In this document: piece by piece, positions 49,101 through 56,125 of the stretch
Layout: each line of letters begins with the position of its first letter
Numbering within the stretch: position 1 is the stretch's first letter
Source of the DNA: a virus
Lineage: Duplodnaviria; Caudoviricetes
Direction: 5' to 3' (one strand)
Length of the DNA: 57,135 nt
IMG/VR virus record: IMGVR_UViG_3300001336_000023
Coordinates: 1 to 57,135 of that record
Position numbers and translations under genes: made by a program
Notes under the pieces: model-generated
The model's database searches: none
What the model was told of the DNA's origin: nothing
Seen by the model: only the letters and a program-made list of their open reading frames with translations

Positions 49101-50349
49101 CATCAAACTCTTCTCCTGTCATAACTCCTGAGTTTTTATAAGCGTCTAAGTTTCTTCCTAAATTCTTTTGAATCTTTTCGAGTTCATCTAAAGTGTACTC
49201 TTCAAAGCGTCTGTCTGATTGCCCTCTATAAGCTTGCATTGCTTTTTCAGATTCATTAAGAGTATTACGAAAATTGTTCCTAGAGACTCCTCGTGAGTAA
49301 CGTATTACTTTACGTCCTACAACGAAAGGTACTCCTACAGGGCTGACTTTTAACATGCTTCTTATAAACTTATCTTCAGCGCGATCAAATCCCCACGCTA
49401 AACGATAACCTAAATTACCTTTGTGTGTAGTGTATACTCGTTGCCACATGTTATCTATTTGACTGGTTCTCATATGTGTTACACTTTTGTTTCGGATAAG
49501 TTCTGTCATTGAATCACGAAACGCTTTTTCGTCTCCTCGTTTGGCATATCGTGTTAAACGATCTAACCTTTTGCGAATACCTGTTAAACGTAAGGCGTCA
49601 ATTTTAGTACTCTTTGTAGCAGACTCTCTTGCAAGTAAACCAAGACCAATATCAACAATCTCATCGTTTTGATAAAGTTCTTTTAAGATTGCTTTATTGT
49701 CTACTACAGCTTCTTTACCTAATTTAATACTCTGTTTAAATGCTGTTTTTGTAGCGCTACTTGCTGCTCCTTCAATAAGTCCTGCGATATTAATAAGGGC
49801 ACCTGGGTCAGTAAGAATTTCTATTGCAAAATTGTTTATGAAGTTATCTTTTATACCCCCACTTGTATTGGCAATGATGCGCTCAGAGTCTACACTGAAA
49901 CGTCCATAATCTCCTGTACCAAAAGCGTCTCCTAAAACTTCAAAATAATTTGTTCCTTCTTGTGCTGAAATAATCCCACTTTTTAGAAAGTAAGAAGGTA
50001 TATCAAAAGTACCTGCAACAAATTCAAGCCACGTCTTAAACATATTCCCTGGATCGGTAACATTATAAGCTCTTTTACCTAAGTCCATAGCCGCAGCAAA
50101 AGTGGTGGAGATTGGATCATCTACACCGTATTCACGTTTGATTTTATCTCGTGCTGCTTTGTTTAAAAATATGTCAGTTAAACTACGTATCTTTTTACGG
50201 TCCTCTAACTCTTGTTGCGCATTTTGTCTGTTCTCATTAATCTTGCGTTGTAAGTTATATCCTCCAGCAGTAGGGGGAGCCATACTAGGTACTCCCGGTC
50301 TACTTCTAAAGTTTACATCTGAAGGTCTAATGATAGGTGCTTTGAGCAT
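40120..50349 (-). CDS. Giant (3409 aa) probable internal virion/ejected protein with embedded DEDDh exonuclease domain
   Basis: AGGAGG RBS; long coiled coils; exonuclease motifs LDMED, AQNAKHD, FDTL, HNAAYD; last gene of the late operon. Confidence 0.75.
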   Translation of the reverse strand: MLKAPIIRPSDVNFRSRPGVPSMAPPTAGGYNLQRKINENRQNAQQELEDRKKIRSLTDIFLNKAARDKIKREYGVDDPISTTFAAAMDLGKRAYNVTDPGNMFKTWLEFVAGTFDIPSYFLKSGIISAQEGTNYFEVLGDAFGTGDYGRFSVDSERIIANTSGGIKDNFINNFAIEILTDPGALINIAGLIEGAASSATKTAFKQSIKLGKEAVVDNKAILKELYQNDEIVDIGLGLLARESATKSTKIDALRLTGIRKRLDRLTRYAKRGDEKAFRDSMTELIRNKSVTHMRTSQIDNMWQRVYTTHKGNLGYRLAWGFDRAEDKFIRSMLKVSPVGVPFVVGRKVIRYSRGVSRNNFRNTLNESEKAMQAYRGQSDRRFEEYTLDELEKIQKNLGRNLDAYKNSGVMTGEEFDEAFISYREVEVLIKQKESVARVTKAKKDIKTYEKELKRIADKKAKMTKEHSNLDLVQEEIEIEARISETKDALERSIVARDDIIRVLKDHHELEKESLDLRVTKMENLIERLDELEELEKTKASLESVKHASYRKGMEVAIAEKEKRLANLKSRLVNFDINKYDPEVRLEIRQTYSRIGHQRESIAAKEKEIINLQDALKKAEAPSESELKRIEDLQIQKAREIEKNKRTIAELEELYDIRIQDIGAQRGNYTTGLEVFDRSYAADLLASERIHTLEYELSIDKLRLENTNPKHNIDKIKQQLAEANDELEYYNGAEYNPDDAVTAKYYRNAIDQTQETVDEYERALKEHHEQMKKWKKRKVPKSMEKKKELIEKALKEPKKDLAFLKDRYEAFKHNELIYDILKRRERLQEQLKIYEDYINIPNARAKEIDRHTKRIAQMRKDLKIEEGQSLRNYRFGKVQERESLLREYRTRELNVQNSKQVQTANQEIYSFEKSLSQMEAERTNLLDNFNRRMDAGEDFNKETEEYVKLLQEQRAYEDALLKSNQTEGLEKQVQQTIAGINAHIKKYGDTAATKRLLSRANEEGLKKYTTEIREAGEHLKRLDETEKKGSEVLSKAMSLKKNLEREYNFAKQILDVLEVLTTNTQQADFLIAFLKRPGNENTYRAFRALADTYIEDYYKFIKNNEARLKEIHKRFKRIEDLKRFIAADGRKEMIEEYKDAIRLIDNLNNRFEGLDYDITMQRKLYDDLHTKILKEALKGNMYTEDIILQAAKDIEIFYTKQGDLTIEGLESRLNDAKKLKESFEAQKINKGKEYTKNEKVIKELTEEIKKEENAKNALANFMKDFMSKKFTESAPSAKIFKTLQQNINFFEKIRTGKYIAGRNQAEDIIYMNYKSASRLYLDYTEGIMGDKKAAGQFLMTLLNKGPDGLNASQMEEYKVFEDAFTAYKTILEREVRYADDMTDVGKAAIAEAKETYNKTDKGIWGKLFEGLNTELVASMSTQDMLYYVKDLHNGNMFAQVIANLRVGKNVLRNLGYKHHIRPIDSLGNVAYKNAGTPSEIEQLIISVHNTVNNLITELRTVGLGQSFTKVKRRIKNTKITKHLDQLEGQNYIQHRLAIDDIIKAIQTERQDFGKMEDIINKLRRSFEEYAGAKDIDVEITDLTLYRFLEKVNEQVHTTFYKIANEHTQLYRQIQDQELLYKRLHTKETRELFRKVKLYSMQDDPKKEIERILMSKDSSPEDFINASIFINDDVPLTKGILYKFEIRQMFNVIDNMKKQASLGGMHTAEAIEAFARRILRPIFQEDFYTLDLHKHIPEDIIAEFSPELLRRFKRVQKYNKSLDELAERLKTIEDMTTPREAKAREIILNKYKGTEDMMREIETFRDLYVTEQFEEVFTLLKKDQNALSLNITTEMVDGKKIHEVSSQLEGQRGPFSKEGIFNTMHNNIDEYTTNTYVGGFYRHKVEEPPSIMTYLDSDGKYSNKTLEGDLYDYNTATLDMEDMPDPDPNVKHPTQIALVVRRKLPDGTIKVERHEFFAKVKKKYNHGDYFFEFTGIDPMHYEDVAEEFDIVSGKVQELLKDIDVVIAQNAKHDANMLFKLGIKDKYIFDTLPIFRINSKGGKSGLKDIAQRAYDDTILNKLAQGVKTNARPDGKSYFHNAAYDAEITYRLLYGADSGVDDIAEMAATEGQYSMAKNYLNAKDLEELNIAGREGYSEDIIDMMQDIADELGDSVAYEKYIDIPDLDGTSQTIRQKVEDYYRVDEVYNDLLEKGIINARTDIDILVEDISELLEFREDLRKQLNKTIRIVREGDITAMRERQILSLQSLHQEATRVEGLLGRVHAKLDSLGLSALDDTYSLEEDSLRLLEDLRTTIDEKILGPNGLTKKQSEHYAEQLSYQYGNEVAVLQDSAMKNHISILNEFTKNEEYHRIQNAVLQEGIEGSSADQRMSAFFREYMYQKLIQAQHDGIIKHSVDPKIKGKGLVRSFKANFKEDPLTKLIENMEATNDYTKTQERIFEILRTKETLDSNKAYFKGPLGSRIIYHDMYDLMYNVDKVLNKKIRNHRQQLLKGNVSEFSEFESFTDFIKIMKGTEANKMISKFDEDHLSNSALQEFYTYIQRRIRSLKDRGFPEEAIMLNPTTKYTNRLYEVMKQSILDPTAFFETNTMDYAAQQKASIIYQELSEIIHGAMENIRKPLRDIKYKNAASELNPVQVGEWKAYIRGIQEGLKKGSLPKEIGVENPEYFADIVNIGDLARKGSASVLRLTDYSRTQRSITRLMNMLFSDDITKTVEDAIPYQDNRPELKIMHRLLENLGDPEDIMRFAYSNRANTKGRNIKADIMRNLLAVDDPYFKELNEKFAPIREWGGDPYKGYLKTKQGGEMVDPDAYIEFEKRIYATYYDYLTGSYDQKYYEALSKGYETGVIKESEVFKYTKAQTIDNIQKSFSDSYRHIRTQYGEGREGAKEFLKYIRKAGHDVVMLVKDEGVKSGYAVRRVHNPKVEHIMELDNLLRANSKTDALDIALKRADVSDWGIGAHTEMLPMGVLDQHSIHELERVTKQKYQLSNPLAKAIHKGLIMPLKVFSLTTVNFFTNNFFDINLKNVVAAEGGVLAPVSVWYDTFVAMRWHNTYTKYYNEAAELVSYSARKKDYAISWIDLLIEAKTKQGHTFSAKELEDLEITKFVDDFVSTPAAASEAHQMMMHMRQGIIGQGQDSLIMKAYTKGLYGKYTPWGANLQINGWSETVGRLGLHINDIRKGLTVNESLNKILKTHFNYANKTQAEVWAEMVIPFVSYPIRSIEFWNEAFYQDAVTARTLSKAMLLAWGDEIDDNDYAQYQMSRGNIPIGNYALQTGFTFADALTFTGMQKQTGIPDQLVRKINPLIRNMSTRITPDSDLDTQDRIMRSPGLNQVKNIANVASGNAKSLDNIFPSLVDPYYGGRSAYPRTAFLSRNANFAKPTNSERTSFRAYGHLQYSPMDKTRYRWAETQHPYRR

Positions 50350-50362
50350 AATTTACCTCCTG

Positions 50363-51007
50363 TTATGTTGGCATACCGCCTGCTAATCCTGATCTTTGTG
50401 CTTGGGTTATATTACTAGGCTCACGTTTTTTGTCTTCTTTAGGTTTTAAATATTCCTCAAGTCTTTTCAATTCTTCTTTTTCTAAGCCCATACCGTTGTA
50501 TTTACGTGATAATAATTCAAGCACTTCAGGCGGTGCATCAGGGAAGATACTTTGCATTTGCATTGGTGTAGATGCTGCATACATCTGTCCTTCAATTGCT
50601 GCTTTATCCAATGTATTTTGGTTCAACTGTTGCATCATAAATTGACGATTAGTTGCTTCTTGTCCTGCAAATTGTGCTTCAGCCTGCATACGTTCTTGTG
50701 CATATTCTTGAGCAATTTGCTGTGCACCTATTTGTCCGGTTTGTAAATTCTGCATTTCAAGTGCGGCAAGACCTGATGTCGTCATACCTGAACGTAACGC
50801 TTGTGTTCTACGTTGTTTAATACTTTGTTCGTTCTGTAACTGCATGCGTCCTAAGATATCATACAGTCCGCCTTGTGCATTGTTGATGGCACCCATTGTA
50901 CCTGCACGTTGTTCCTGTGTGGCTATATCACCCCACTTCAGGGCTTCCTGTATCAGCTCGTGGTTCTGGTTCGTCGGTATGTTCGATGTGATTTTGTTGT
51001 CTGCCAT
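50363..51007 (-). CDS. Gln-rich probable internal virion (ejection) protein
   Basis: Q/A/G-rich helical sequence with RSGMTTSG; GGAGGTG RBS supports ATG 51007; precedes giant protein. Confidence 0.6.
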   Translation of the reverse strand: MADNKITSNIPTNQNHELIQEALKWGDIATQEQRAGTMGAINNAQGGLYDILGRMQLQNEQSIKQRRTQALRSGMTTSGLAALEMQNLQTGQIGAQQIAQEYAQERMQAEAQFAGQEATNRQFMMQQLNQNTLDKAAIEGQMYAASTPMQMQSIFPDAPPEVLELLSRKYNGMGLEKEELKRLEEYLKPKEDKKREPSNITQAQRSGLAGGMPT

Positions 51008-51920
51008 CTTTAGCACCTCCTTGCTTTTTTGTACTATCTACTAAATACTGTAAGAAACGTTCCCATAAACCTGCGCGCATATGTGTATCATGTACCCAAG
51101 TTTTCTTCAGCCATGTAGGAGCATAATTCCCTGCACTCCAATGTTGCATAAGAAGTAGAAGGGTCTTGATTCCTATGTTGAAGAGGGTTTCTAGAATATC
51201 TGCATCTTGACGAGTTAAGATCGATCCAATAATAAACCCCACAAAGACTGTTGGAATAGTCATCCCTGCTAAATTATCTTGGATAGCGGTTCTTGTTTTA
51301 CTAGCAGGGTCTTGTTGTTCTGATTTATTTTTCGTATTTACTCCACTCATCATAAATGAAATGGAAATAGGAATAAACTTTACATCTAAGTACTCTTCGT
51401 TTTCTTTAATAAATTTATCATTAAGCTCTTCTTTTAATTCTTCAATACGTTTCAGTCTAGGGTGTTCTTTACTATCGAAGTCTATGTTATTTGCATAAAT
51501 TTTTAATTCATCAAGTTTCAATTTACCAATTTGTTTTTGTAATTCTCTTTGCTTAACTTCCTTATACTTTTCCACACGTCTACTTACGTTTTCAATAACA
51601 ATAAACTTCGCAACTGTAGATTGTTTATAAGTGTTTGGATAGGTTTCTAATGTCCTATCTAAGGTACGTGGTTCTGCAAAGTCATCACTCTCTCGCATCA
51701 ATTCCCTAGAGTATTCAATCAATCGGAAAGAAAAGATGAATATCCCTAAGGCTAACACTGTCCCTACTTCCATTAAATAAGAAGGGTAGAGGAATCGCTG
51801 TGGTTCAAAGCGGAAATTAAATAAGTCTGTAAGACCTAAAACCATTACCGCAATGACCCAGATAATAATCCTTAGCACTATCTGCCAAGGGACTTTATCT
51901 TTTAACCAATTTATGAACAT
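50928..51920 (-). CDS. Multi-pass membrane protein
   Basis: Two N-terminal and two C-terminal hydrophobic segments around a soluble helical region. Confidence 0.75.
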   Translation of the reverse strand: MFINWLKDKVPWQIVLRIIIWVIAVMVLGLTDLFNFRFEPQRFLYPSYLMEVGTVLALGIFIFSFRLIEYSRELMRESDDFAEPRTLDRTLETYPNTYKQSTVAKFIVIENVSRRVEKYKEVKQRELQKQIGKLKLDELKIYANNIDFDSKEHPRLKRIEELKEELNDKFIKENEEYLDVKFIPISISFMMSGVNTKNKSEQQDPASKTRTAIQDNLAGMTIPTVFVGFIIGSILTRQDADILETLFNIGIKTLLLLMQHWSAGNYAPTWLKKTWVHDTHMRAGLWERFLQYLVDSTKKQGGAKDGRQQNHIEHTDEPEPRADTGSPEVG

Positions 51921-52369
51921 TATTTAGCACGCTCCTTTTTATACAAGTCAGCGTAATACTGTTCATACCCTTTGGCTACACTCGCAGCAATCTGCATTCC
52001 TGAAATAATCATGATGTGCTCGTAAGCGTTATTTACACCCATATGAATAATCGAGATAACAGCCATAATGATAATCCAAGGTAGGAAAGAAAACAGACTT
52101 GTTGCTATTGCTTTCTGTCCTAGATCAGGATTATCTGCTGCCAATGTCTTCTCACGAAAGTCTTTAATAAGGACAATACTAATCCAAACAGGGATAACCA
52201 ATACAATTGTTTTAATTCCTTCAGTATGGATTCCTGTTTGAAAAATGTTCGCCACCCATAGGAGGTATAGGGCAGGACCACCTTGACCAATCAAACGTTT
52301 GGTAATGTAAGACATACGTCTTTTCGTTTTTGTTTTAAACCTTTTCTTTTTGGTCTCTTGCGTTTCCAT
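51920..52369 (-). CDS. Membrane protein (holin-like candidate)
   Basis: 3-4 hydrophobic segments with basic N- and C-termini. Confidence 0.6.
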   Translation of the reverse strand: METQETKKKRFKTKTKRRMSYITKRLIGQGGPALYLLWVANIFQTGIHTEGIKTIVLVIPVWISIVLIKDFREKTLAADNPDLGQKAIATSLFSFLPWIIIMAVISIIHMGVNNAYEHIMIISGMQIAASVAKGYEQYYADLYKKERAK

Positions 52370-52370
52370 A

Positions 52371-52955
52371 TTATACCTCCTGAGTTGCGTTTTCCGTATC
52401 TAAACTTTCCTCTTCTTGTGTTGTTGCTTCTTTAACCATATCTTCTAATTGTTGAAGTGCTGTTACACGTTTTTCTGAAGCCATTGTTTCTGCTGTTTCA
52501 ACAAACTCTTTTACTGCTTGTTTGGTTTCTTCAGTTGCGTCTTCTAAGAATTCTGTAGGATCAACCTTGCGTCCTTCTCGAATACCTGCTAAGACTTCAG
52601 TAAGGTAGTCTTTCGCATGTTGTGTCAGTTTAGAATTCTTAAACGCAATACCAAACGCATCACGTAAAGTCAATAAGTCTTGTTTTAAATTCAAGTTGAT
52701 TCCAACAGCCTTATCTAGTTTGGCTTCTAAACGACCAACTAAAGCAACTACATCGTTGAACTGTTTGTTGATAAAATTCGCTTTTGCTAATCGTGGTGCA
52801 ATATATTTAAAGTAGAATATTAACAGCCCAGGAACACCGATCATTCCCATAATTCCTCCGACTGCTTGTAGCATATCGCTACTTTCTAGTACAGCGTGAA
52901 TCGGGTCCCAAAAGTTTGCCCACACTTCTCCTAGGCTTGTTGCTAAAAACATCAT
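52371..52955 (-). CDS. Membrane-anchored coiled-coil protein
   Basis: TM segment AVGGIMGMIGVPGLLIFYF followed by helical region. Confidence 0.7.
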   Translation of the reverse strand: MMFLATSLGEVWANFWDPIHAVLESSDMLQAVGGIMGMIGVPGLLIFYFKYIAPRLAKANFINKQFNDVVALVGRLEAKLDKAVGINLNLKQDLLTLRDAFGIAFKNSKLTQHAKDYLTEVLAGIREGRKVDPTEFLEDATEETKQAVKEFVETAETMASEKRVTALQQLEDMVKEATTQEEESLDTENATQEV

Positions 52956-53374
52956 AGGATTTCACCTCTTTCTTCTAGTTCCTGAATCGCTTTCATAATC
53001 ACAAGAACTTGTTGTTTTACCTCCGCTATTTGGAGCATCATCTTTTTGAAAGCAGCAGGGTATTGTTCCTCAATATTATCACCAAAGAGAAATGCTTTGC
53101 GCAAATTGATTGGATCCATCGGATATTCCACCAAATTTCCCGTCTCCTTGGTTTTTACGCTCACCTTGACATCTAGTTTCGGTTTCAGCAATTCTGCTAA
53201 AGGAATCCAAAATTCGCGGGTTACTGAGCGTGATGGGAGATCGTTTACTTTAACGATGAGGGTTTGTTTACTGAAATCAAGTTTAGGGACGTTCACAAAA
53301 ACTTTGATGTCCCCATAAGGGTAATACCCATCTCCCACTAAATAAGACATGTTATTTTTAATAATAAGTTCCAT
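52952..53374 (-). CDS. Hypothetical protein
   Basis: AGGAGG RBS; ATGA overlap with next gene. Confidence 0.75.
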   Translation of the reverse strand: MELIIKNNMSYLVGDGYYPYGDIKVFVNVPKLDFSKQTLIVKVNDLPSRSVTREFWIPLAELLKPKLDVKVSVKTKETGNLVEYPMDPINLRKAFLFGDNIEEQYPAAFKKMMLQIAEVKQQVLVIMKAIQELEERGEIL

Positions 53375-53384
53375 ATCGTTCCTC

Positions 53385-53948
53385 CTAACTTAAGTATTTA
53401 AGCATTTGATCTTTGATCTCTTTACGATCTTTCTTTTTGTCTCCTGATGACAAACGAATATCTATGTGAACAATTTTTTGATTCTTAACAATGATGATTG
53501 CAGGATAATGCTTAATTTTTAATTCAAGAGCATAATCAATATTTTCTTTTACAGACATATCGATGTGCTCTACTTGAATCTCTAATTCATTAAATACTTG
53601 TTCGTAAATAGGACTTATTTCTTTACAAGCAGGACAAAGCTCTGTACTAAAGAAAACTACAAAATCACTGCTTTCAATTCCTGACCCTTCGCGAGGATCG
53701 TAGGTTTTTCCAATTAAATATTCACGTGCTTCTTTTAATGTCTTTTCCTGTGGATTATTTTGTGGTGCTTGTTCACCACTTCCAAATTCGTCCAATCCTT
53801 TTAACAAGTTTAAAGACTTTTCAATATTATCCACTAAAACACCATATTCTTTTTTCGTCATTAAAGTTCGTCCCAATGTTGTGGTTGTTGCTTTATTAAT
53901 GTTTGAAACCAATTGATCTGCTAATTTACCTAATTCTAATTTCATCAT
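53385..53948 (-). CDS. Thioredoxin-domain protein
   Basis: VVFFSTELCPACKEISP (CxxC) and IKHYPAIII cis-Pro loop; ~85-aa N-terminal extension. Confidence 0.88.
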   Translation of the reverse strand: MMKLELGKLADQLVSNINKATTTTLGRTLMTKKEYGVLVDNIEKSLNLLKGLDEFGSGEQAPQNNPQEKTLKEAREYLIGKTYDPREGSGIESSDFVVFFSTELCPACKEISPIYEQVFNELEIQVEHIDMSVKENIDYALELKIKHYPAIIIVKNQKIVHIDIRLSSGDKKKDRKEIKDQMLKYLS

Positions 53949-53965
53949 AACCTCCTGAGTTATAT

Positions 53966-55915
53966 TTAATATATTTCTGTTGCTTCACAAACTTTTGTTC
54001 TTTGTTCTACGATATAAGTACACTCTGATGTTTCAACTTCCCATTGAGGGACTGCTTCACTTTCAGTCTGTACACAATCGTAATACTTGCGCTGATATCT
54101 TATTTCGTCTGATAATTCTTGACATTCGTAATTGTTTTTCTGCCATTGTGTCTTATCTTTTTCTACACAATCATAATACTTGCGACGATATTCCGTTCCG
54201 TATGATCCGTCACAAAGATAATTTACTTGACGGTATTCTGTAGAATAAGAACCTACGCAATCATAATATTTTCTTCTGTATTCCGTATCATAGCTTTTTA
54301 CGCAATCATAATAATTTTTCTTGTATTGAGTTGAATAGGATCCTACACAATCATAATATTTTTTACGATACTGTGTTTGTGAACTCGCTTGTACACAACT
54401 GTAGGTACGCTTAGTGTAACGCGTCTCACTAACCCAAGTATACCCATTTACCATACAGTCAAACTCATTGTTGTATTTTGAACTTGTACAATACTCGTCG
54501 GTGTATGGCGAACAAGTAATAACTGTGTTTCCAATATCAGTACAATTAATACAATGACCGCTCGAACTACACGAACTAACATCGGTTGTACTTTGTAAAG
54601 AAGTATTTACTGTAGCACAAACTGATCGTGTTTCTACTGAATAATCTGAACTGTTTAAATTAGTATTACATGAGCACGTTCCTAATGATCCTGAAGTATA
54701 AGACGTTGTCCATGAAGTTGTGTGGCTGTACTGCCAAGATGCACTCGAACATACGGATCGTGTTGAGACGCTATAATCTCTACTTCCCGTTGTACACGAA
54801 CAGGTTCCTAATGACCCTGAATAAGTTGTACTACTCCATGAAGTTGAATAATCAAATACCCAAGAAGCACTATCACATACCGATTGAGTCTGTCTAATAT
54901 AATCCGTTTCGTTTAAATTTGAAGTACAAGAACAGGTTCCTAATGAATGAGCCGCAATATAAGATGTAGTCCACGAACTTACATGGCTATAATCCCACGA
55001 CGCACTATCGCATACTTGTTGTGTTTCAACATCATAATTACTTTGTTCTAACTGAGATGTACAAGAACAAGTACCTTTGCTATTTGACATCGCTGACGAT
55101 TGCCAAGTTCCATAACTCGAGAATACCCACGATGCTGAAGTACATACTTGTTGTGTTTCAATATCATAAACGTCAGTAACGTTTGTATTCTCCGTACAAG
55201 AACATTCCATTGTATCGTTCCAAGTAGGGGATTCTGCATTGGTTGACCATGTACCATAATTTGTAAACTCCCAAGCCATTTGCGTACTATCGCACACTTC
55301 TCTAGTGGATACTTCATATTCTATCAAATCAAAATTCTCGGGATGACTACAATCACAAGTCGAAGTTTTATTTGCTGTATACTGACTGTCGCTCCAAGCA
55401 CTGTCTGAAATGTGTACCCAATCTGCACTTGTACAAAATACGTCACTTACAACATCATAATTCTCTTGTCCTAACTGTGAAGTACAAGAACAAGTTCCTT
55501 TCGAATGAGGTCCATCAGGCGTTGCCGACCATACTGTATCTCGATCGTGTTGCCATTCAGCACTAACACAATCAATTCGGTCTGCTAATTGAGTACAGTC
55601 TGACACCCATGTCGTACCGTGATCTGAAGTACTAGAGCAAGCACCGGATGTTGTGTTACAACTCTCTTCAACAGCAGTACTGACCGAAACATTTTGTGTC
55701 GTTTGACATTCAATATATTCATTCCCAACATCTGCTTCTTGTGCACAGGGTGGAGTTGCTACAGAACAAGCACTGACAGAAGCCCAACTATTGAAACTTC
55801 CATAGGCATATTCAAATGTAGGATAAATTTGATTGTCACCTTCGTGAATATACGCTATCTCAACATCGCCTATAGCAACGTGGATAAACGGTTCATCGCC
55901 TTGTCGAATAGGCAT
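53966..55915 (-). CDS. Cys/Trp/Ser/Thr-rich nested-repeat protein (probable virion appendage)
   Basis: Seven ~44-aa repeats (CxSAxW...W...CSC...Y) followed by seven ~15-aa repeats (TxYRxKYYDCV); AGGAGG RBS; in fibre gene cluster. Confidence 0.8.
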   Translation of the reverse strand: MPIRQGDEPFIHVAIGDVEIAYIHEGDNQIYPTFEYAYGSFNSWASVSACSVATPPCAQEADVGNEYIECQTTQNVSVSTAVEESCNTTSGACSSTSDHGTTWVSDCTQLADRIDCVSAEWQHDRDTVWSATPDGPHSKGTCSCTSQLGQENYDVVSDVFCTSADWVHISDSAWSDSQYTANKTSTCDCSHPENFDLIEYEVSTREVCDSTQMAWEFTNYGTWSTNAESPTWNDTMECSCTENTNVTDVYDIETQQVCTSASWVFSSYGTWQSSAMSNSKGTCSCTSQLEQSNYDVETQQVCDSASWDYSHVSSWTTSYIAAHSLGTCSCTSNLNETDYIRQTQSVCDSASWVFDYSTSWSSTTYSGSLGTCSCTTGSRDYSVSTRSVCSSASWQYSHTTSWTTSYTSGSLGTCSCNTNLNSSDYSVETRSVCATVNTSLQSTTDVSSCSSSGHCINCTDIGNTVITCSPYTDEYCTSSKYNNEFDCMVNGYTWVSETRYTKRTYSCVQASSQTQYRKKYYDCVGSYSTQYKKNYYDCVKSYDTEYRRKYYDCVGSYSTEYRQVNYLCDGSYGTEYRRKYYDCVEKDKTQWQKNNYECQELSDEIRYQRKYYDCVQTESEAVPQWEVETSECTYIVEQRTKVCEATEIY

Positions 55916-55927
55916 ACAATCAACCTC

Positions 55928-56122
55928 CTAACTTGTCGTATTTATGATTTCATCGATTTTTTGTCTCACTTCATTTGCTGAAGGAATTTCTGCGACTTCA
56001 TAATTGAAACTTTGCGTCATTCCTAAAAATGGTTCTGCTTGTAGACTTTCTTCAGTCAATGGTGTATCTTTGCGATAAGCAAACTTTTTACCATCTTCTG
56101 TGTAATGTACGTATATAGTCAT
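55928..56122 (-). CDS. Hypothetical protein (possible fibre chaperone)
   Basis: 64-aa ORF directly after fibre gene. Confidence 0.65.
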   Translation of the reverse strand: MTIYVHYTEDGKKFAYRKDTPLTEESLQAEPFLGMTQSFNYEVAEIPSANEVRQKIDEIINTTS

Positions 56123-56125
56123 ATT

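Noticed and set aside
40120-50349. N4-like or crAss-like virion RNA polymerase, suggested by size and N4-type capsid
   Set aside because: I could not find a DxDGD or T7-type polymerase motif; host-type sigmaA promoters drive late genes. Not excluded without profile searches.
54060-55500. CRISPR-like array suggested by periodic DNA repeats (e.g. caatcataata, gtacaagaaca)
   Set aside because: Repeats are degenerate at third codon positions and fully explained by protein repeats in 53966-55915; no cas genes.
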